Origin: Alphaproteobacteria bacterium
Lineage (GTDB): Bacteria > Pseudomonadota > Alphaproteobacteria > GCA-2746255
Length of the DNA: 64,000 nucleotides
Direction: 5' to 3'
Assembly: GCA_965249135.1 (NCBI GenBank)
Contig: OZ252220.1
Coordinates: 256,001 to 320,000, forward strand
In this document: one piece after another, positions 10,285 to 22,261 of the stretch
Numbering within the stretch: the first letter of the stretch is position 1
Layout: every line of letters starts with the position of its first letter
The notes under the pieces: model-generated
Seen by the model: the letters and a program-made list of their open reading frames with translations, nothing else
What the model was told of the DNA's origin: nothing
Databases searched by the model: none
Position numbers and translations under genes: made by a program

Positions 10285-11176
10285 GGAACGCCGTTTTGCC
10301 TTCATCGCCGTCGTCGGGGCGCCGAATGTGGGGAAATCGACGCTGATCAACCGCCTCGTCGGCGCGAAGGTGACGATCGTTACCCCGAAGGTCCAAACGA
10401 CGCGAACGCTCGTGCGAGGCATCTGTATCGAAGGTGCCTCGCAACTCGTTTTCGTGGACACGCCTGGCATCTTTCAGCCGAAACGCAGGCTCGAGCGCGC
10501 CATGGTGGCGGCCGCTTGGAGCGGGGCGGCAGACGCAGATAGCGTCCTTCTCCTCATCGATGCCGAACAAGGTGTTTCGAAAGAAACCGACCAGATCATC
10601 GAGGGCTTAAGGAAGACAAAGCGAAAAGCCATCCTTGTCCTCAACAAGATCGACCGGATCAAGCGGGAAAAGCTCCTCGGTCTTGCGGCGCAATTGAATG
10701 AAAGCGAAATTTTCACGGAAACCTTCATGATCTCGGCGCTGAAAGGCGATGGCGTTCTGGACCTGCTTCACCATTTGGCTGGGTCGGCGCCAAAAGGCCC
10801 CTGGATGTTTCCGGAAGATCAGATCTCCGATCTTCCTTCCCGCCTGCTGGCCGCCGAAATCACCCGCGAGAAGCTGTTTCTGCAGCTTCGTCAGGAACTC
10901 CCCTATGCCCTTACCGTGACGACGGAAAGTTTCAAGGAGCGCGAAGGAGGCGACATCCGGATCGAACAGGTGATCCTGGTTCAGCGCGCCAGTCAGAAGG
11001 CGATCGTGCTGGGAGAAGGCGGCAGCCGCATCAAGGATGTCGGCTCGGCGGCCCGCCACGAGCTGGAAGAACTCTTGGACGCGCGCGTTCACCTTTTTCT
11101 TCATGTCAAGGTGCGGAAAGATTGGCTCGACAATCCGGAACATTACCGCGAACTTGGCCTCGACTATGGGGCCTGA
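10271..11176 (+). CDS. era: GTPase Era
   Basis: GAPNVGKSTL, DTPG, NKID, KH domain. Confidence 0.97.
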   Translation: MAKDKERRFAFIAVVGAPNVGKSTLINRLVGAKVTIVTPKVQTTRTLVRGICIEGASQLVFVDTPGIFQPKRRLERAMVAAAWSGAADADSVLLLIDAEQGVSKETDQIIEGLRKTKRKAILVLNKIDRIKREKLLGLAAQLNESEIFTETFMISALKGDGVLDLLHHLAGSAPKGPWMFPEDQISDLPSRLLAAEITREKLFLQLRQELPYALTVTTESFKEREGGDIRIEQVILVQRASQKAIVLGEGGSRIKDVGSAARHELEELLDARVHLFLHVKVRKDWLDNPEHYRELGLDYGA

Positions 11177-11178
11177 AC

Positions 11179-11913
11179 ATGGATTGGACGGATGACGGTA
11201 TCGTGCTCGGCCTGCGCAAGCATGGCGAGAACGCTGCCATCGTGACGCTTTTTACGGCTGCGCATGGCCGGCATCTGGGCATCGTTCATGGCGGCAGCGG
11301 CCGGCGGGCGCGCGGCATCTATCAGCCGGGAAATCTGGTAAACGCGCGGTGGCGGGCACGCGTGAGCGAGCAGCTCGGCAGCTTTACGTGCGAGCTCGGC
11401 CGAAGCTTCGCGGGCGCCGCCCTTGACGATCGCCTTCGCCTGGCCGCCTTGACCTCGGCGTGTGCGGTCGCCAACGCGACCCTTCCAGAACGCGAGCCCC
11501 ATGGCGCCGCCTATCAGGGCTTGCTCGATTTTCTCGAAACCCTGGAGACGCCGGATTGGCCGTGCACCTATGTGCGCTGGGAACTGCTGCTGCTGGCCGA
11601 GCTTGGTTACGGGCTCGAACTTACGACATGCGCGGCAACGGGGAGCGTGGCGGACCTTCTCTACGTCTCGCCGAAATCCGGCCGCGCCGTTTCGGCCCAT
11701 GCAGGGGCGCCCTATACGGACCGCCTGTTGCCCTTGCCGGCCTTCCTGCTGGGCGATGCGCCTTGGGACGAGGACGCCATCCAGGACGGGCTCAGGCTGA
11801 CCGGTCACTTCCTGGATCGCCATGTCTTCACCACCCGTAAACAGGGCGAGCCGCCCGCCCGATCCCGATTTCTGGCCCAATTTCTGGGGTGTATGCTAGA
11901 AAAGACCACATGA
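11179..11913 (+). CDS. recO: DNA repair protein RecO
   Basis: MDWTDDGIVL...HGE, LPEREPH, YVSPKSGRAVS; follows era. Confidence 0.95.
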   Translation: MDWTDDGIVLGLRKHGENAAIVTLFTAAHGRHLGIVHGGSGRRARGIYQPGNLVNARWRARVSEQLGSFTCELGRSFAGAALDDRLRLAALTSACAVANATLPEREPHGAAYQGLLDFLETLETPDWPCTYVRWELLLLAELGYGLELTTCAATGSVADLLYVSPKSGRAVSAHAGAPYTDRLLPLPAFLLGDAPWDEDAIQDGLRLTGHFLDRHVFTTRKQGEPPARSRFLAQFLGCMLEKTT

Positions 11914-12005
11914 CCTGGCATGATTATCGGCATTGGATGATGGCGCCTTGGCGGGCCTTGGCGGAAATCTGGCAGCGCGTTATCGACGACCTGCGCCTGC
12001 TATGA
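11910..12005 (+). CDS. Putative 31-aa Trp-rich small protein
   Basis: MTWHDYRHWMMAPWRALAEIWQRVIDDLRLL*, ATG overlaps the recO stop (ATGA); no homology evidence. Confidence 0.3.
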   Translation: MTWHDYRHWMMAPWRALAEIWQRVIDDLRLL

Positions 12006-12445
12006 AGATTTCATAATTGCAGCGCCAGACTTTGGCCTGAGCATGCTCGGCTTGCGCCTCTCGGCCCGTTTGTCCGAGCCGGCCGTAGACGCCGGCTTCA
12101 TGTTGCAGATGGTGGGTCATTTCATGGACCCGAAGCGCTTGGCTGGCGTTCTGGATGACCCAAACGGTGGGATCCGTTTCGGGGTGTTCCGGCGGCAGAT
12201 AAAGGCCGCTCGCGCGGAAGGCCGCATTGCCGCCACGGCGATCGCTCTCGGCTAGGATATCCTCGGTCGTCCGGATCTCGATCGCCGGCGGGCCGGCCGG
12301 CGGGAGCCCGGTCAACCAGGCGGCGCAGACGGCCGCCTGGGCCCAGGGATCCCGGACGACGTCGCCAGCACCTGGCGCGCTCGCGCAGGCGCCGAGAAGG
12401 ATGGTCAGGACGAGAAAAAATGTGGCGAAATTCTGCCATTACCAT
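11980..12445 (-). pseudogene. HExxH-containing putative lipoprotein (DUF6647-like) with a frameshift in a T6 run near the start
   Basis: Main frame ...FLVLTILLGACAS...LRVHEMTHHLQ...REAQAEHAQ has no upstream in-frame ATG; ATGs at 12445/12439 join it if one T is removed from 12415-12420. Confidence 0.6.
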
Positions 12446-12755
12446 GGCAGACTTTTCCGTTTTGTTCCTCAAAATTCCCAAGAAAGGATACGAGGCTTTT
12501 AAACATCTAATCGACGCGCTACCCTCCCCCAACCTTCACTCTAATTTGAGTGGGCTATTTGGGTATATTCCCAAATTAACCATGAAAACGAGGCATGATG
12601 AGATACTGCCATTGCCATGTCATGCATTTTCGTTTTTTTCGCAAAATTGCCCGAATGGGAATTCTTTGGCTTCGCCGGCATCGGGTAAGTTGCTGAAGCT
12701 ACTATAAATTGTGTTATTATCGCCAAGCACCACTACCCTTGGTATAAAGGCGGCG

Positions 12756-14978
12756 ATGCGGAACACGGCAGCCGCCCCGAAAGTACGTGACATCGGCTTC
12801 GCCGAGGCGCTTGGCGAACGCTACTTGGCCTATGCCCTTTCCACGATCATGTCGCGCTCGCTGCCGGATGTGCGCGACGGGCTGAAGCCCGTCCACCGGC
12901 GACTCTTGTTCGCGATGCGCGGGCTGCATCTCGACCCCAAATCCGGCTACAAGAAATGCGCCCGCGTGGTTGGCGACGTCATCGGCAAGTACCATCCCCA
13001 TGGCGACGTCGCCGTTTACGACGCCCTCGTGCGCCTCGCCCAATCCTTTGCCGCGCGCTACCCGCTGGTCGATGGGCAGGGCAATTTCGGCAACGTGGAT
13101 GGCGATAATGCCGCTGCCATGCGCTACACGGAGGCCAAACTCACGGAAGTGGCGAGGCTGCTTCTGGACGGGATCGACGAAGACGCCGTCGACTTTCGCA
13201 CGACCTATGACGGCGAGGCGGTCGAACCCCTCGTGCTGCCGGCCTGCTTCCCCAATCTTCTGGCGAACGGGGCGACCGGCATCGCCGTCGGCATGGCGAC
13301 GAACATTCCACCCCATAACGTGGATGAAATTGCCGCAGCCCTGCTTCACCTGATCCGCTTCCCTAAGGCGACGATCCCGAAACTCGTGGAACTCATGCCG
13401 GGCCCGGACTTTCCCTCCGGCGGCGTGCTCATCGAGGAACCGGCCAACATCGTTGAGGCCTACCGCACCGGCCGTGGCAGCTTTCGGCTGCGCGCCCGCT
13501 GGAAGGTCGAGGATCTGGGCCGCGGCACCTATCGGATCGTGGTGAGCGAAATCCCCTATCAGGTGCAAAAGGCGCGGCTCATCCAGAAAATTGCCGATCT
13601 TCTGCAGGCAAAAAAGCTGCCCATGCTTGAGGACATCCATGACGAATCGACGGAAGACATTCGTCTCGTCTTCGAGCCCAGGAATCGCAACGTCGATGCG
13701 GCCGTCCTCATGGAGTCCCTTTTCCGGCAGACGAACCTCGAAATTCGCTTCGGGTTGAACCTAAACGTGCTTACGGCGGCGAGCGTGCCACGCGTCATGA
13801 ACCTGCGCGACGTCCTGCAGGCCTTCCTGGACCACCGTCACGAGGTGCTTCGCCGGCGCACCAAGTTTCGTCTCGCGAAAATCGAAGAACGCCTCGAGAT
13901 TCTGAAAGGCTATCTCGTCGTCTATTTGAACCTCGACAAGGTAATCCGAATCTTGCGCAAGGAAGATGAACCGAAGCCGGTTCTCAGGAAGACATTCAAA
14001 CTGACCGATGCGCAGGCCGAAGCGATCCTCAACATGCGGCTTCGCGCCCTTCGCAAGCTCGAGGAAAAGCGTCTCAAGGAAGAGTTTGATCTTCTTACGA
14101 AAGAGAACCGCACCCTGCGGACGCTCCTCAAGGACAAGGACAAACGCTGGAAGGCGATCGCCGACGAAATTGCAAGCATCCGCAAGCAGTTTTCGAAGAA
14201 AACGCACCTAGGCGCACGGCGCACGACGTTCGAGGCGGCACCCGAAGACGTCGACCTTACCTTCGAGACGATGATCGAGAAGGAGCCGATCACCGTGCTT
14301 TGCTCGGAGAAGGGATGGATTCGCGCCGCGAAGGGCCACGTCGGCGGCGAGAACGGGGTGAAGTACAAGGAAGGGGACGGGCCGAAGTTCGAGGTGCACG
14401 CCGAGACGACGGACAAGCTGCTTCTGTTTGCCTCGAACGGACGTTTCTACACGCTCGCCGCCGATCGTCTGCCGCGCGGTCGCGGCCATGGGGAACCGGT
14501 GCGTCTGCTCGTCGATCTTGGCAACGAAGACGAGGTCGTCACGCTCTTTGTGCATGAGCCGGGACGGAAGCTCTTGCTCGCTTCTTCCGATGGCCGCGGT
14601 TTCGTGACGGAAGAAGACGGCGTCATCGCCCAGACGCGCGCCGGCAAGCAGGCGCTGAATCTGGTCGAAGGGGTCACCGCACGGGCAAGCGCAGTTGTTA
14701 AAGGCGATCATGTCGCCGTCGTCGGCAAGAACCGGAAACTGTTGATCTTTCCCTTGGACGAGCTCTCCGAGATGGGCCGCGGAAGGGGCAATATTCTCCA
14801 GCGCTATCAGAAAGGCGAATTGTCGGATGCAAAAACCTTTGCGCTGGACGAAGGCCTCGGCTGGCGAAGTGGTGAGCGCACGCGCATCGAGACGGATATT
14901 AAAGCCTGGATCGGCAAACGTGGCGGGGCCGGGCGCATCGTGCCCAAGGGGTTCGCGAAATCGAACCGGTTTGGGTAG
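12756..14978 (+). CDS. parC: DNA topoisomerase IV subunit A
   Basis: [23 protein letters not shown], ParC-type C-terminal domain. Confidence 0.96.
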   Translation: MRNTAAAPKVRDIGFAEALGERYLAYALSTIMSRSLPDVRDGLKPVHRRLLFAMRGLHLDPKSGYKKCARVVGDVIGKYHPHGDVAVYDALVRLAQSFAARYPLVDGQGNFGNVDGDNAAAMRYTEAKLTEVARLLLDGIDEDAVDFRTTYDGEAVEPLVLPACFPNLLANGATGIAVGMATNIPPHNVDEIAAALLHLIRFPKATIPKLVELMPGPDFPSGGVLIEEPANIVEAYRTGRGSFRLRARWKVEDLGRGTYRIVVSEIPYQVQKARLIQKIADLLQAKKLPMLEDIHDESTEDIRLVFEPRNRNVDAAVLMESLFRQTNLEIRFGLNLNVLTAASVPRVMNLRDVLQAFLDHRHEVLRRRTKFRLAKIEERLEILKGYLVVYLNLDKVIRILRKEDEPKPVLRKTFKLTDAQAEAILNMRLRALRKLEEKRLKEEFDLLTKENRTLRTLLKDKDKRWKAIADEIASIRKQFSKKTHLGARRTTFEAAPEDVDLTFETMIEKEPITVLCSEKGWIRAAKGHVGGENGVKYKEGDGPKFEVHAETTDKLLLFASNGRFYTLAADRLPRGRGHGEPVRLLVDLGNEDEVVTLFVHEPGRKLLLASSDGRGFVTEEDGVIAQTRAGKQALNLVEGVTARASAVVKGDHVAVVGKNRKLLIFPLDELSEMGRGRGNILQRYQKGELSDAKTFALDEGLGWRSGERTRIETDIKAWIGKRGGAGRIVPKGFAKSNRFG

Positions 14979-14990
14979 GGGGGGCTTGGC

Positions 14991-16133
14991 CTAGCTCTCG
15001 GCGCCCATCCGCCGTATCCGTAAGTAGCCTCCTTCCCCGTAGGGGCTGTAGCGAATGGCGTTCTTGCGAAAGGCGATGAAGGAGCGGTAGGTCCGCCCGG
15101 TGATGTCGTCGACGCCTTCGAGTTCGGCGAGAACCGCCTCGGTGGCTTTCCAAAGCGCCTTCACGACGTCGTCCGGGAAATGCTCGATCTCGACTCGATG
15201 GTCTTGTTTAAGCGTCTCCAGCGCCTGAGCATTGCGCACGGCGTATTCCGCGATCATCTCGTCGTTTTCCATCTGACAGGCGGCGGCGATGATGTCTTTC
15301 AGGTGCCGTGGTAGTGCTTCGTATTTTTCGAGATTGACCATGAGCTCGAGCGTCGTACCCGGCTCGTGGAATCCGGGGCCATAATAGTATTTCGTGATCT
15401 TGTGAAACCCGAAGGCGACGTCGTTCCAAGGCCCGATCCACTCCGTCGCGTCGATGGCGCCGGTCTGCAGCGCCCCGAAAAGCTCGGTTCCGGAGATGTT
15501 GACGGCCGCCGCCCCCACCCGGCGCAGGACTTCCGCGCCAAGACCGGGCATCCGCATCTTCAGCCCCTTGAAATCTTCGATCGAACGGATCTTTCGATTG
15601 AACCAGCCACCCATCTGGGTGCCGGAATTGCCGGCGATGAACCCTTTGAGGCCGAATTTTGCATAAAGCTCGTCCCAAAGTTCCTGGCCGCCGCCGTAGC
15701 GTACCCACCCCGTCTGCTCCGCCGCCGTCAGTCCGAAGGGCACGGAAGCAAAGAAATTCGCCGCCTTCGATTTTCCCTGCCAGTAATAGGAAGCGGCATG
15801 GGCAAGCTCCGCCACGCCCTGGGAGACCGCATCGAAGCATTCGAAGGCCGGCACCAGCTCGTTGGCCGCAAAGACCTTGACCGTAAGCTCGCCCTCGCTT
15901 AAGCGCGTGATGCATTCCGCGCAGCGTTCGGCGCCAACGCCCAAGCCCGGCATGTTCTTTGGCCAAGAGGTCACCATCTTCCATCGATGGGTTTTTCGCT
16001 TTCTCCCTGAGGCCGTGCGCACGCTCTTCTCCGGTCCGCCGGCCGGCTTCGTGCCGCCGCCAAGCGCATAGGCGCCGGCCGCGCCAACGGCGAGGCCCGC
16101 GCCAGCTCCGGCAAGGAAGTCACGGCGCTTCAT
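14991..16133 (-). CDS. TRAP transporter substrate-binding protein (DctP/TakP-like), Tat signal
   Basis: MKRRDFL twin-Arg, WKMVTSWPK, GTQMGGWF, GLKMRMPG, IDATEW. Confidence 0.92.
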   Translation of the reverse strand: MKRRDFLAGAGAGLAVGAAGAYALGGGTKPAGGPEKSVRTASGRKRKTHRWKMVTSWPKNMPGLGVGAERCAECITRLSEGELTVKVFAANELVPAFECFDAVSQGVAELAHAASYYWQGKSKAANFFASVPFGLTAAEQTGWVRYGGGQELWDELYAKFGLKGFIAGNSGTQMGGWFNRKIRSIEDFKGLKMRMPGLGAEVLRRVGAAAVNISGTELFGALQTGAIDATEWIGPWNDVAFGFHKITKYYYGPGFHEPGTTLELMVNLEKYEALPRHLKDIIAAACQMENDEMIAEYAVRNAQALETLKQDHRVEIEHFPDDVVKALWKATEAVLAELEGVDDITGRTYRSFIAFRKNAIRYSPYGEGGYLRIRRMGAES

Positions 16134-16171
16134 GTCTTTCCTCGACTCTCGTGGGGCTGGTTAGAAAAATA

Positions 16172-16921
16172 TTATAGTTCAATTACTTGCCAGCCATCCT
16201 CGCCGAATCCCTCGAGCGGCTGGAAGCGGGTCTTGTAGGTCATCTTCCTGCACTCGGCAATCCAGTAACCGAGATAGGTGTGGGGAAGCTCGCGCGCCCG
16301 CGCCTGTTCGATCAGCCATAAAATGAGCAAGCTGCCCAGGCTGCATCGGGTTTCCTTGGGCTCGAAGAAGCCGTAAACGGCCGACGGCCCGTCGCGCAGC
16401 CAGTCGATGAGCCCGACAAGGACGAGTCGGCCATCGGGCTTTCGAAACTCGATCAACCGGGTCTCCGGAAGGCCTTCTTCGACGATGGCGCGGTAGTCGG
16501 AGAAATCCATCGTCGCCATATCGCCATCGCCATGACGGGTAAGCTGATAGCGGCGAAACAACCAGAACTGTTCGGGCGTGGCGACCGCAGGCCGCTCCAA
16601 AACCTTGAGATCGGCGTTCAGGTTTTGGATGCGCCGATGGCTGCGGCCCGCGCGGAATTTTTCCGCCAAAACCCGAACGGACACGCAGGCCGAACAGCCC
16701 AGGCAATCCGGCCGGTAGGCGAACCGGCCGGTGCGGCGAAATCCCGTCTGGGAAAGGCGATCGTAGCGTTCGCTGGCATCGGGCCCGGTGAGATCCACGG
16801 CGATGCGGCTTTCCACTTGGCCCTCGAGATAGGGGCAGGTGAGCTGCGGCGTACGGAAAACGAACGCCCGGCTTCGCGGCAGGGAAAGTTCAGGGTCGAA
16901 GGCGTGGGGGTTTTTGTCCAT
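16172..16921 (-). CDS. ate: Arginyl-tRNA-protein transferase-like (Ate/Bpt) aminoacyl transferase
   Basis: CPYL, GFRR.G..AYRPDC..CSAC, RHGDGDM, YLGYWI, KMTYK. Confidence 0.92.
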   Translation of the reverse strand: MDKNPHAFDPELSLPRSRAFVFRTPQLTCPYLEGQVESRIAVDLTGPDASERYDRLSQTGFRRTGRFAYRPDCLGCSACVSVRVLAEKFRAGRSHRRIQNLNADLKVLERPAVATPEQFWLFRRYQLTRHGDGDMATMDFSDYRAIVEEGLPETRLIEFRKPDGRLVLVGLIDWLRDGPSAVYGFFEPKETRCSLGSLLILWLIEQARARELPHTYLGYWIAECRKMTYKTRFQPLEGFGEDGWQVIEL

Positions 16922-16987
16922 CGATCTTAAGCTATGTCACCTTTCCCTAGCATTACCGCGATCGTACGCTCCGGACAAGGGAGCCCT

Positions 16988-17124
16988 TTACCCACCGATC
17001 TCGCTTAGGATGCGCATCCAGATCGGGCGCCGAGCTCGGCCAGCACCATCGTGCAGTAAGGCCCGGCCAGGACCCGTGTCAGATCGAGTACGGTGATGCC
17101 GCTAAGCGGCCCCGAAACTGCCAT
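16988..17124 (-). pseudogene. Remnant of a class III (CaiB/BaiF) CoA-transferase: N-terminus joined to C-terminus
   Basis: ATG 17124 after GAAGGAG...GAGG: [34 protein letters not shown]; adjacent bases read APDLDA and RILSEIGG* in other frames. Confidence 0.85.
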
Positions 17125-17183
17125 CCTCTTTGCTCCTTCGCGCGCGCGTGGCGCGCGCGTGTGGCGCGTGTGTGGGGAAGGTC

Positions 17184-18203
<1,020 letters not shown>

Positions 18204-18341
18204 TTAGGCTCCTTCGCTGCCCGTTAAGGGCAATATCGTTATATATCCGTTGGTTGGTATAATCGGGTGCGGATGATAGAAACAAGCGCCTAGCTTGTGC
18301 AACCGGATTTCCCTTGAGAATCGGGGGCGTCGGAGAAACCC

Positions 18342-21300
18342 ATGCCGCGTGCCAAGACCAGGGCCAAGCAGCAGAGCGCGCCGGACGATGGTATGAAGCC
18401 CGGTGAGGGCCTGATCGCGCCCACCAAGGCGCGCCATCAGGTCCGTTTTGTGACCGCGACCAGCCTCTTCGATGGTCACGATGCGGCGATCAATGTCATG
18501 CGCCGCATCCTGCAGGCTTCCGGCGTCGAGGTGATCCATCTCGGCCACAATCGCTCGGTCGAAGAAATCGTCACCGCCGCGCTGCAGGAGGACGCCAATG
18601 CGATCGCCGTAAGTTCCTATCAGGGCGGCCATATGGAATTCTTCAAATACATGGTCGACCTCTTGAAGGAACGTGGTGGCGAGCACATCCAAGTGTTCGC
18701 CGGCGGTGGCGGCGTCATCGTCGCGGAAGAAATCGATGCGCTCTTGGACCACGGGGTTGCGGCCGTCTACTCGCCCGAGGACGGACGGCAGCTCGGTCTT
18801 CAAGGCATCGTCAACGACATGATCGAGAAATCGGACGCGGATTTAAGCGCAGCTCTGCCAGCAAATCTGGATGGTATCCAGGAAGGGAATTGGCAGCACC
18901 TTGCGCGCCTTATCACTGGCATCGAAGGCGGCACCGTCAAAAAGAATCTCCAAAAGGAGCTGCGCACGCTTGCCGCCAGGCATGCGGCGACCCCGGTCCT
19001 TGGCGTTACCGGCACCGGTGGGGCCGGGAAGTCTTCGCTGGTGGATGAAATCGTCCGCCGGTTCCGCATGGACGATGCGGACCTTGCCATCGCCATCCTC
19101 GCCATCGATCCGTCGAAACGGAAAACAGGAGGGGCGCTTTTGGGGGATCGCATTCGCATGAACGCGATTGCGCAAGGTGTCTATATGCGTTCGCTTGCCA
19201 CGCGTGCTTCGGGGGCGGAAATTCCGGCAGGCCTCGCCGACATGATTGCGGCATGCAAGGTAGCCGATTTTGATCTCGTGATTGTGGAGACGTCGGGAAT
19301 CGGTCAGGGGAATGCTGCGATCGTCGACCATGCCGATGTCTCGCTATACGTGATGACGCCGGAATTCGGGGCGGCAAGCCAGCTCGAGAAGATCGATATG
19401 CTCGACCTCGCGGATGTCGTCGTCATCAACAAATTTGATCGCAAAGGCGCCATGGATGCGCTTCGCGACGTTCGCAAACAGGTGCAGCGCAGCCACCAGG
19501 CCTTCACGGCGGCACCGGACGAGATGCCCGTCTACGGCACGATCGCCTCGAAATTCAACGACGAAGGCATCACCGCCCTTTACGAAGGCTGCCTCGAGCT
19601 TTTTAACGCCCGCAAGCTCGGAAGCTGGGAAATGCGCCTTCCCCCCATGGAGACGAAGGCCACCCAACCTCGCACGGTCATCGTGCCGCCGGCGCGCCAG
19701 CATTATCTCTCGGAAATCTCGGAATGCATGCGTGGCTATCTGGCGAAGGTCGCATCCCAGGCCGCCCTTGCCCGCGAGCTTCAGCAGCTTTCCGAAACCA
19801 AGCGCCTGCTCTTCGAGGCGGGCAAGGAGGCGGGCGCGATCGATTCCCTGATCCTTGTCCGGGAAGAGGCCCTGGAGGCGGAATTCCGTATCCTTCTTGA
19901 GGATTGGCCGCGCGTAAAGGCCGCTTACGGCGGCGACACGTTCGTCGAGAAAATCCGCGGGCTTGAAATCGAAACCCCGCTCTATGCTACGTCGCTTTCC
20001 GGCTCGAAGATCCCCCGCGTCGTCCTTCCTGGTTTCGAAGACCATGGCGAACTTCTCCGCTGGCTTGGCAAAGAGAATCTTCCCGGCCGCTTCCCATACA
20101 CCGCAGGCGTCTTCGCGTTTAAGCGGATGGACGAAGATCCGACTCGGATGTTCGCGGGCGAGGGGGACCCCTTCCGGACGAACGAGCGGTTCAAGTACTT
20201 ATCGAAAGGCACGCCGGCCAAACGCCTTTCGACGGCGTTCGATTCCGTTACCCTTTACGGAGCCGACCCCGGCGAGCGCCCCGACATTTACGGCAAGGTC
20301 GGTAATTCCGGTGTTTCCATCGCCACTCTCGACGACATGAAAGTGCTCTATGACGGTTTCGATCTGTGCGATCCGAAAACGTCCGTATCCATGACGATCA
20401 ATGGTCCGGCGCCCGCCATTCTTGCGATGTTTCTGAACACGGCCATCGACCAACGGCTGGATGGGTTTCGTGCCCGCGAAGGGCATGAACCGAACGACAA
20501 GGAGGCGGCGAAAATCCGTGCAGATGTTCTTTCCGTCGTCCGCGGCACCGTACAGGCCGATATCCTCAAAGAGGATCAGGGCCAGAACACCTGCATCTTC
20601 TCGACGGAATTCGCCTTGAAGATGATGGCGGATATCCAGGAATATTTCGTCGAACACAAGGTGGAGAATTTCTATTCCGTCTCGATCTCCGGCTATCACA
20701 TCGCCGAGGCGGGCGCCAATCCGATCACCCAGCTCGCCTTCACCCTTGCCAATGGATTCACCTTCGTCGAGACCTATCTCGCAAGGGGAATGCACGTCGA
20801 CGATTTTGCGCCGAACCTTTCCTTCTTCTTCTCGAATGGCATGGATCCGGAATATTCCGTTTTGGGGCGTGTGGCGCGGCGCATCTGGGCGACGGCCATG
20901 AAGTTCAAATATGGCGGCAACGAACGCAGCCAGAAACTGAAATACCACGTTCAGACATCCGGCCGATCCCTGCATGCGAAGGAGATGGCCTTTAACGACA
21001 TCCGAACGACCCTGCAGGCGCTGATTGCCATCTGCGACAACTGCAATAGCCTGCACACGAACGCCTATGACGAGGCGTTCACCACGCCGACCGCCGAGTC
21101 CGTTCGACGCGCGCTGGCGATACAGATGATCATCAATCGCGAATGGGGGAATGCGAAGAACGAAAATCCGAACCAGGGTGCCTTCTTCTTCGAAGAGTTG
21201 ACGGACCTCGTTGAGGAGGCGGTGCTACAGGAGTTCGAGCGGATCTCGGAACGTGGCGGCGTGCTGGGTGCGATGGAAACCGGCTATCAGCGTGGGAAGA

Positions 21301-21641
21301 TTCAGGATGAATCCCTCCTCTATGAGATTCGCAAGCACGATGGCAGTCTGCCGGTTGTCGGCGTGAACACGTTCCTCAATCCCGAAGCGGAAGGGGCTTT
21401 GCCGACGCCGGCCCTCCAGCGCTCGACGGAGAAGGAAAAACAAAACCAGATCCTCCGCCTTCGCGACTTCCAGGCAAGCCACGCCAACGTGGCCGCCGCC
21501 GCCCTTGCCCGCCTGAAGGAGGCGGCGATGCAGGATGCGAACGTTTTTGCGGTCTTAATGGACACGGTGCGCTGCTGTTCGCTTGGCCAGATCAGCCAGG
21601 CGCTGTTCGAAGTCGGCGGCCAATATCGCCGAAATATGTAA
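18342..21641 (+). CDS. icmF: Fused isobutyryl-CoA mutase (B12-binding domain + MeaB-like GTPase + mutase)
   Basis: [53 protein letters not shown]; 1099 aa. Confidence 0.93.
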   Translation: MPRAKTRAKQQSAPDDGMKPGEGLIAPTKARHQVRFVTATSLFDGHDAAINVMRRILQASGVEVIHLGHNRSVEEIVTAALQEDANAIAVSSYQGGHMEFFKYMVDLLKERGGEHIQVFAGGGGVIVAEEIDALLDHGVAAVYSPEDGRQLGLQGIVNDMIEKSDADLSAALPANLDGIQEGNWQHLARLITGIEGGTVKKNLQKELRTLAARHAATPVLGVTGTGGAGKSSLVDEIVRRFRMDDADLAIAILAIDPSKRKTGGALLGDRIRMNAIAQGVYMRSLATRASGAEIPAGLADMIAACKVADFDLVIVETSGIGQGNAAIVDHADVSLYVMTPEFGAASQLEKIDMLDLADVVVINKFDRKGAMDALRDVRKQVQRSHQAFTAAPDEMPVYGTIASKFNDEGITALYEGCLELFNARKLGSWEMRLPPMETKATQPRTVIVPPARQHYLSEISECMRGYLAKVASQAALARELQQLSETKRLLFEAGKEAGAIDSLILVREEALEAEFRILLEDWPRVKAAYGGDTFVEKIRGLEIETPLYATSLSGSKIPRVVLPGFEDHGELLRWLGKENLPGRFPYTAGVFAFKRMDEDPTRMFAGEGDPFRTNERFKYLSKGTPAKRLSTAFDSVTLYGADPGERPDIYGKVGNSGVSIATLDDMKVLYDGFDLCDPKTSVSMTINGPAPAILAMFLNTAIDQRLDGFRAREGHEPNDKEAAKIRADVLSVVRGTVQADILKEDQGQNTCIFSTEFALKMMADIQEYFVEHKVENFYSVSISGYHIAEAGANPITQLAFTLANGFTFVETYLARGMHVDDFAPNLSFFFSNGMDPEYSVLGRVARRIWATAMKFKYGGNERSQKLKYHVQTSGRSLHAKEMAFNDIRTTLQALIAICDNCNSLHTNAYDEAFTTPTAESVRRALAIQMIINREWGNAKNENPNQGAFFFEELTDLVEEAVLQEFERISERGGVLGAMETGYQRGKIQDESLLYEIRKHDGSLPVVGVNTFLNPEAEGALPTPALQRSTEKEKQNQILRLRDFQASHANVAAAALARLKEAAMQDANVFAVLMDTVRCCSLGQISQALFEVGGQYRRNM

Positions 21642-21767
21642 AATTTTCAAAGTATTAGAGACATTTCTTTCGGCCACTCTTAAATAGAAAGTTAACCTTT
21701 ACGCGGCATGATGTTAGGGCCGCGTGATGTGCGCAGCGCTTGCTTGTGCGGAATGGAAAGGAACGTC

Positions 21768-22244
21768 GTGCAGTCGGAATATCTGCAAATCTTTTCGATG
21801 ATCGAGCGGCTTCACCGTCGATTCCTCGACGTGGTGAAGAACGAATTGGATCGGCTTGGCATTGCGGACATCAACAACGTCCAGAGCCTGATCCTGTTCA
21901 ACGTCGCCAAGGAGGAACTGACCGTGGGCGAACTCACGATCCGGGGTTTCTACCTTGGCTCGAACGTTTCGTACAACCTCAAGAAGCTGGTCGAAAACGG
22001 CTATCTCGTTCAAGAACGCTCCACCCACGACCGGCGTTCCGTTCGGGTGTGGTGCTCGGAAAAGGGGCTCAAGCTCTGCACTATTCTGCAGACGATCTTC
22101 GGCAAGCATGTCGAAGCCCTCGACAAGGGCTATTTGACGCTCGAAGATCTGGAGGCGACGAACAAAACCCTGAAGCGGCTCGAACGTTTCTGGACCGATG
22201 CGCTTCGGTTTATCGCTGACCTGTCCCTCGACGAGGCGTCTTAG
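21768..22244 (+). CDS. ldtR: MarR-family regulator, LdtR-like
   Basis: ERLHRRFLDVVK...ELTVGEL..RGFYLGSNVSYNLKKLV...DRRSVR; GTG 21768 after GGAAAGGA (ATG 21753 alternative). Confidence 0.85.
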   Translation: MQSEYLQIFSMIERLHRRFLDVVKNELDRLGIADINNVQSLILFNVAKEELTVGELTIRGFYLGSNVSYNLKKLVENGYLVQERSTHDRRSVRVWCSEKGLKLCTILQTIFGKHVEALDKGYLTLEDLEATNKTLKRLERFWTDALRFIADLSLDEAS

Positions 22245-22261
22245 AATCTGGGAGGGGTCCG

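Noticed and set aside
12420-12726. Small ORFs in the AT-rich region upstream of parC
   Set aside because: Atypical codon usage, no RBS or motifs; more likely divergent promoter DNA
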